IMG/VR virus record: IMGVR_UViG_3300035208_005087
Location: 64,545-128,544 of that record
Direction: 5' to 3' (one strand)
DNA: 64,000 bases
Source of the DNA: a virus
Taxonomy: Duplodnaviria; Caudoviricetes
The position numbers and the translations under genes were made by a program. Every line of letters starts with the position of its first letter. Position 1 is the stretch's first letter. A model generated the notes under the pieces. That model did no database searches, was not told where the DNA came from, and saw only the letters and a list, made by a program, of their open reading frames with translations. Below, piece after piece: positions 63,539 through 64,000 of the stretch.

Positions 63539-64000
63539 CTAATGGAAATTTTTAAAGTTACCTACGCCTGCTAATGCCTTATTTACTATTTCACTAAATC
63601 TTTTTTCTCCGAACCTCGTGTAGGTGTCATTCAAATCACCCATACCAAACTCTCTGGAGTATATACCCTTACTCCCGTATTTCTGCATAACGATGTCGAC
63701 CCCTTTCCTCCCAGGCTCGTCTGGGTCAAATACAATAACGATAGTGTCTGCTATCATACGCAATGTCCACATCTGTTCCTCATTAATGAAAGACGTTAAC
63801 ACCGATACTGTGTTAGGTTTAACTTTAGCTAAAGATATACAATCCACCGCCCCTTCCGTTACGTACACCACCCCCTTTTCTAAAATGTGAGGCAGAGCTT
63901 GTGGTAAGCCGAAAAAGGCTCCTATCTTGGAGGCCTCTTCCATTAGCTTCTGATTGTACCGGTAGGGGTTATCCTTCTCTATACTTCGGGTGACTAGCCC
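63539..64000 (-). CDS. dnaG: DnaG-type primase, Toprim domain (5' end outside the window)
   Basis: VYVTEGAVD and FDPDEPG; the frame stays open from ATG 63943 up to position 64000. Confidence 0.85.
   Translation of the reverse strand, partial: GLVTRSIEKDNPYRYNQKLMEEASKIGAFFGLPQALPHILEKGVVYVTEGAVDCISLAKVKPNTVSVLTSFINEEQMWTLRMIADTIVIVFDPDEPGRKGVDIVMQKYGSKGIYSREFGMGDLNDTYTRFGEKRFSEIVNKALAGVGNFKNFH

Noticed and set aside
45-63890. Numerous plus-strand ORFs of 60-280 aa (e.g. 37495..38331, 43643..44215, 50011..50634)
   Set aside because: All overlap longer, motif-bearing minus-strand genes and look like antisense shadows. Only 47603..48766 occupies its own space and has an RBS and signal.
1-64000. 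Stop-codon reassignment (TAG or TGA), as in some large phages
   Set aside because: The standard code gives long, tightly packed ORFs, and TAG/TGA stops fall at gene junctions followed by RBSs.
1-64000. tRNA, rRNA, reverse transcriptase/DGR, and host assignment
   Set aside because: None recognisable by eye, and intergenic gaps are short. The host can only be called bacterial (DnaG, DnaX, sigma-like factor, lipobox, Shine-Dalgarno sites).

Overview
This is a 64 kb segment of a large (jumbo-type) tailed bacteriophage. Every supported gene but one is on the minus strand. In transcription order (right to left): a replication/transcription block (DnaG primase truncated by the window edge, DnaX-like clamp loader, NusG paralog, sigma-like factor); terminase large subunit; a 1988-aa tailspike-like protein; a lone plus-strand lipoprotein; portal; an IS200/IS605 TnpB element back-to-back with an orphan second right end/omegaRNA; Zn-finger prohead protease; scaffold; decoration protein; a short encapsulin-like HK97 major capsid protein; enzymes embedded in the head module (HAD nucleotidase, zincin peptidase, bacterioferritin, SWIM protein); a Thr-rich collagen fibre next to an RHH-regulated four-domain glycosyltransferase; neck and fibre proteins; and an actin-fold ATPase. 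Five things read from the sequence are not explained by the gene list. (1) A 13-bp motif ATAATCTnnTAAT precedes at least 10 morphogenesis operons (candidate late promoter). (2) A pervasive K/R-x-A motif and shared helical leaders occur across head-module proteins, suggesting a protease-cleavage and capsid-cargo system that may load ferritin and other enzymes into an encapsulin-like shell. (3) A perfect 24-bp operator lies at the start of the RHH-glycosyltransferase operon. (4) A beta-helix gene appears split by a ~5.7 kb inserted block. (5) The TnpB locus has two outward-facing right ends. No database searches were run; all calls come from motif recognition and gene context.
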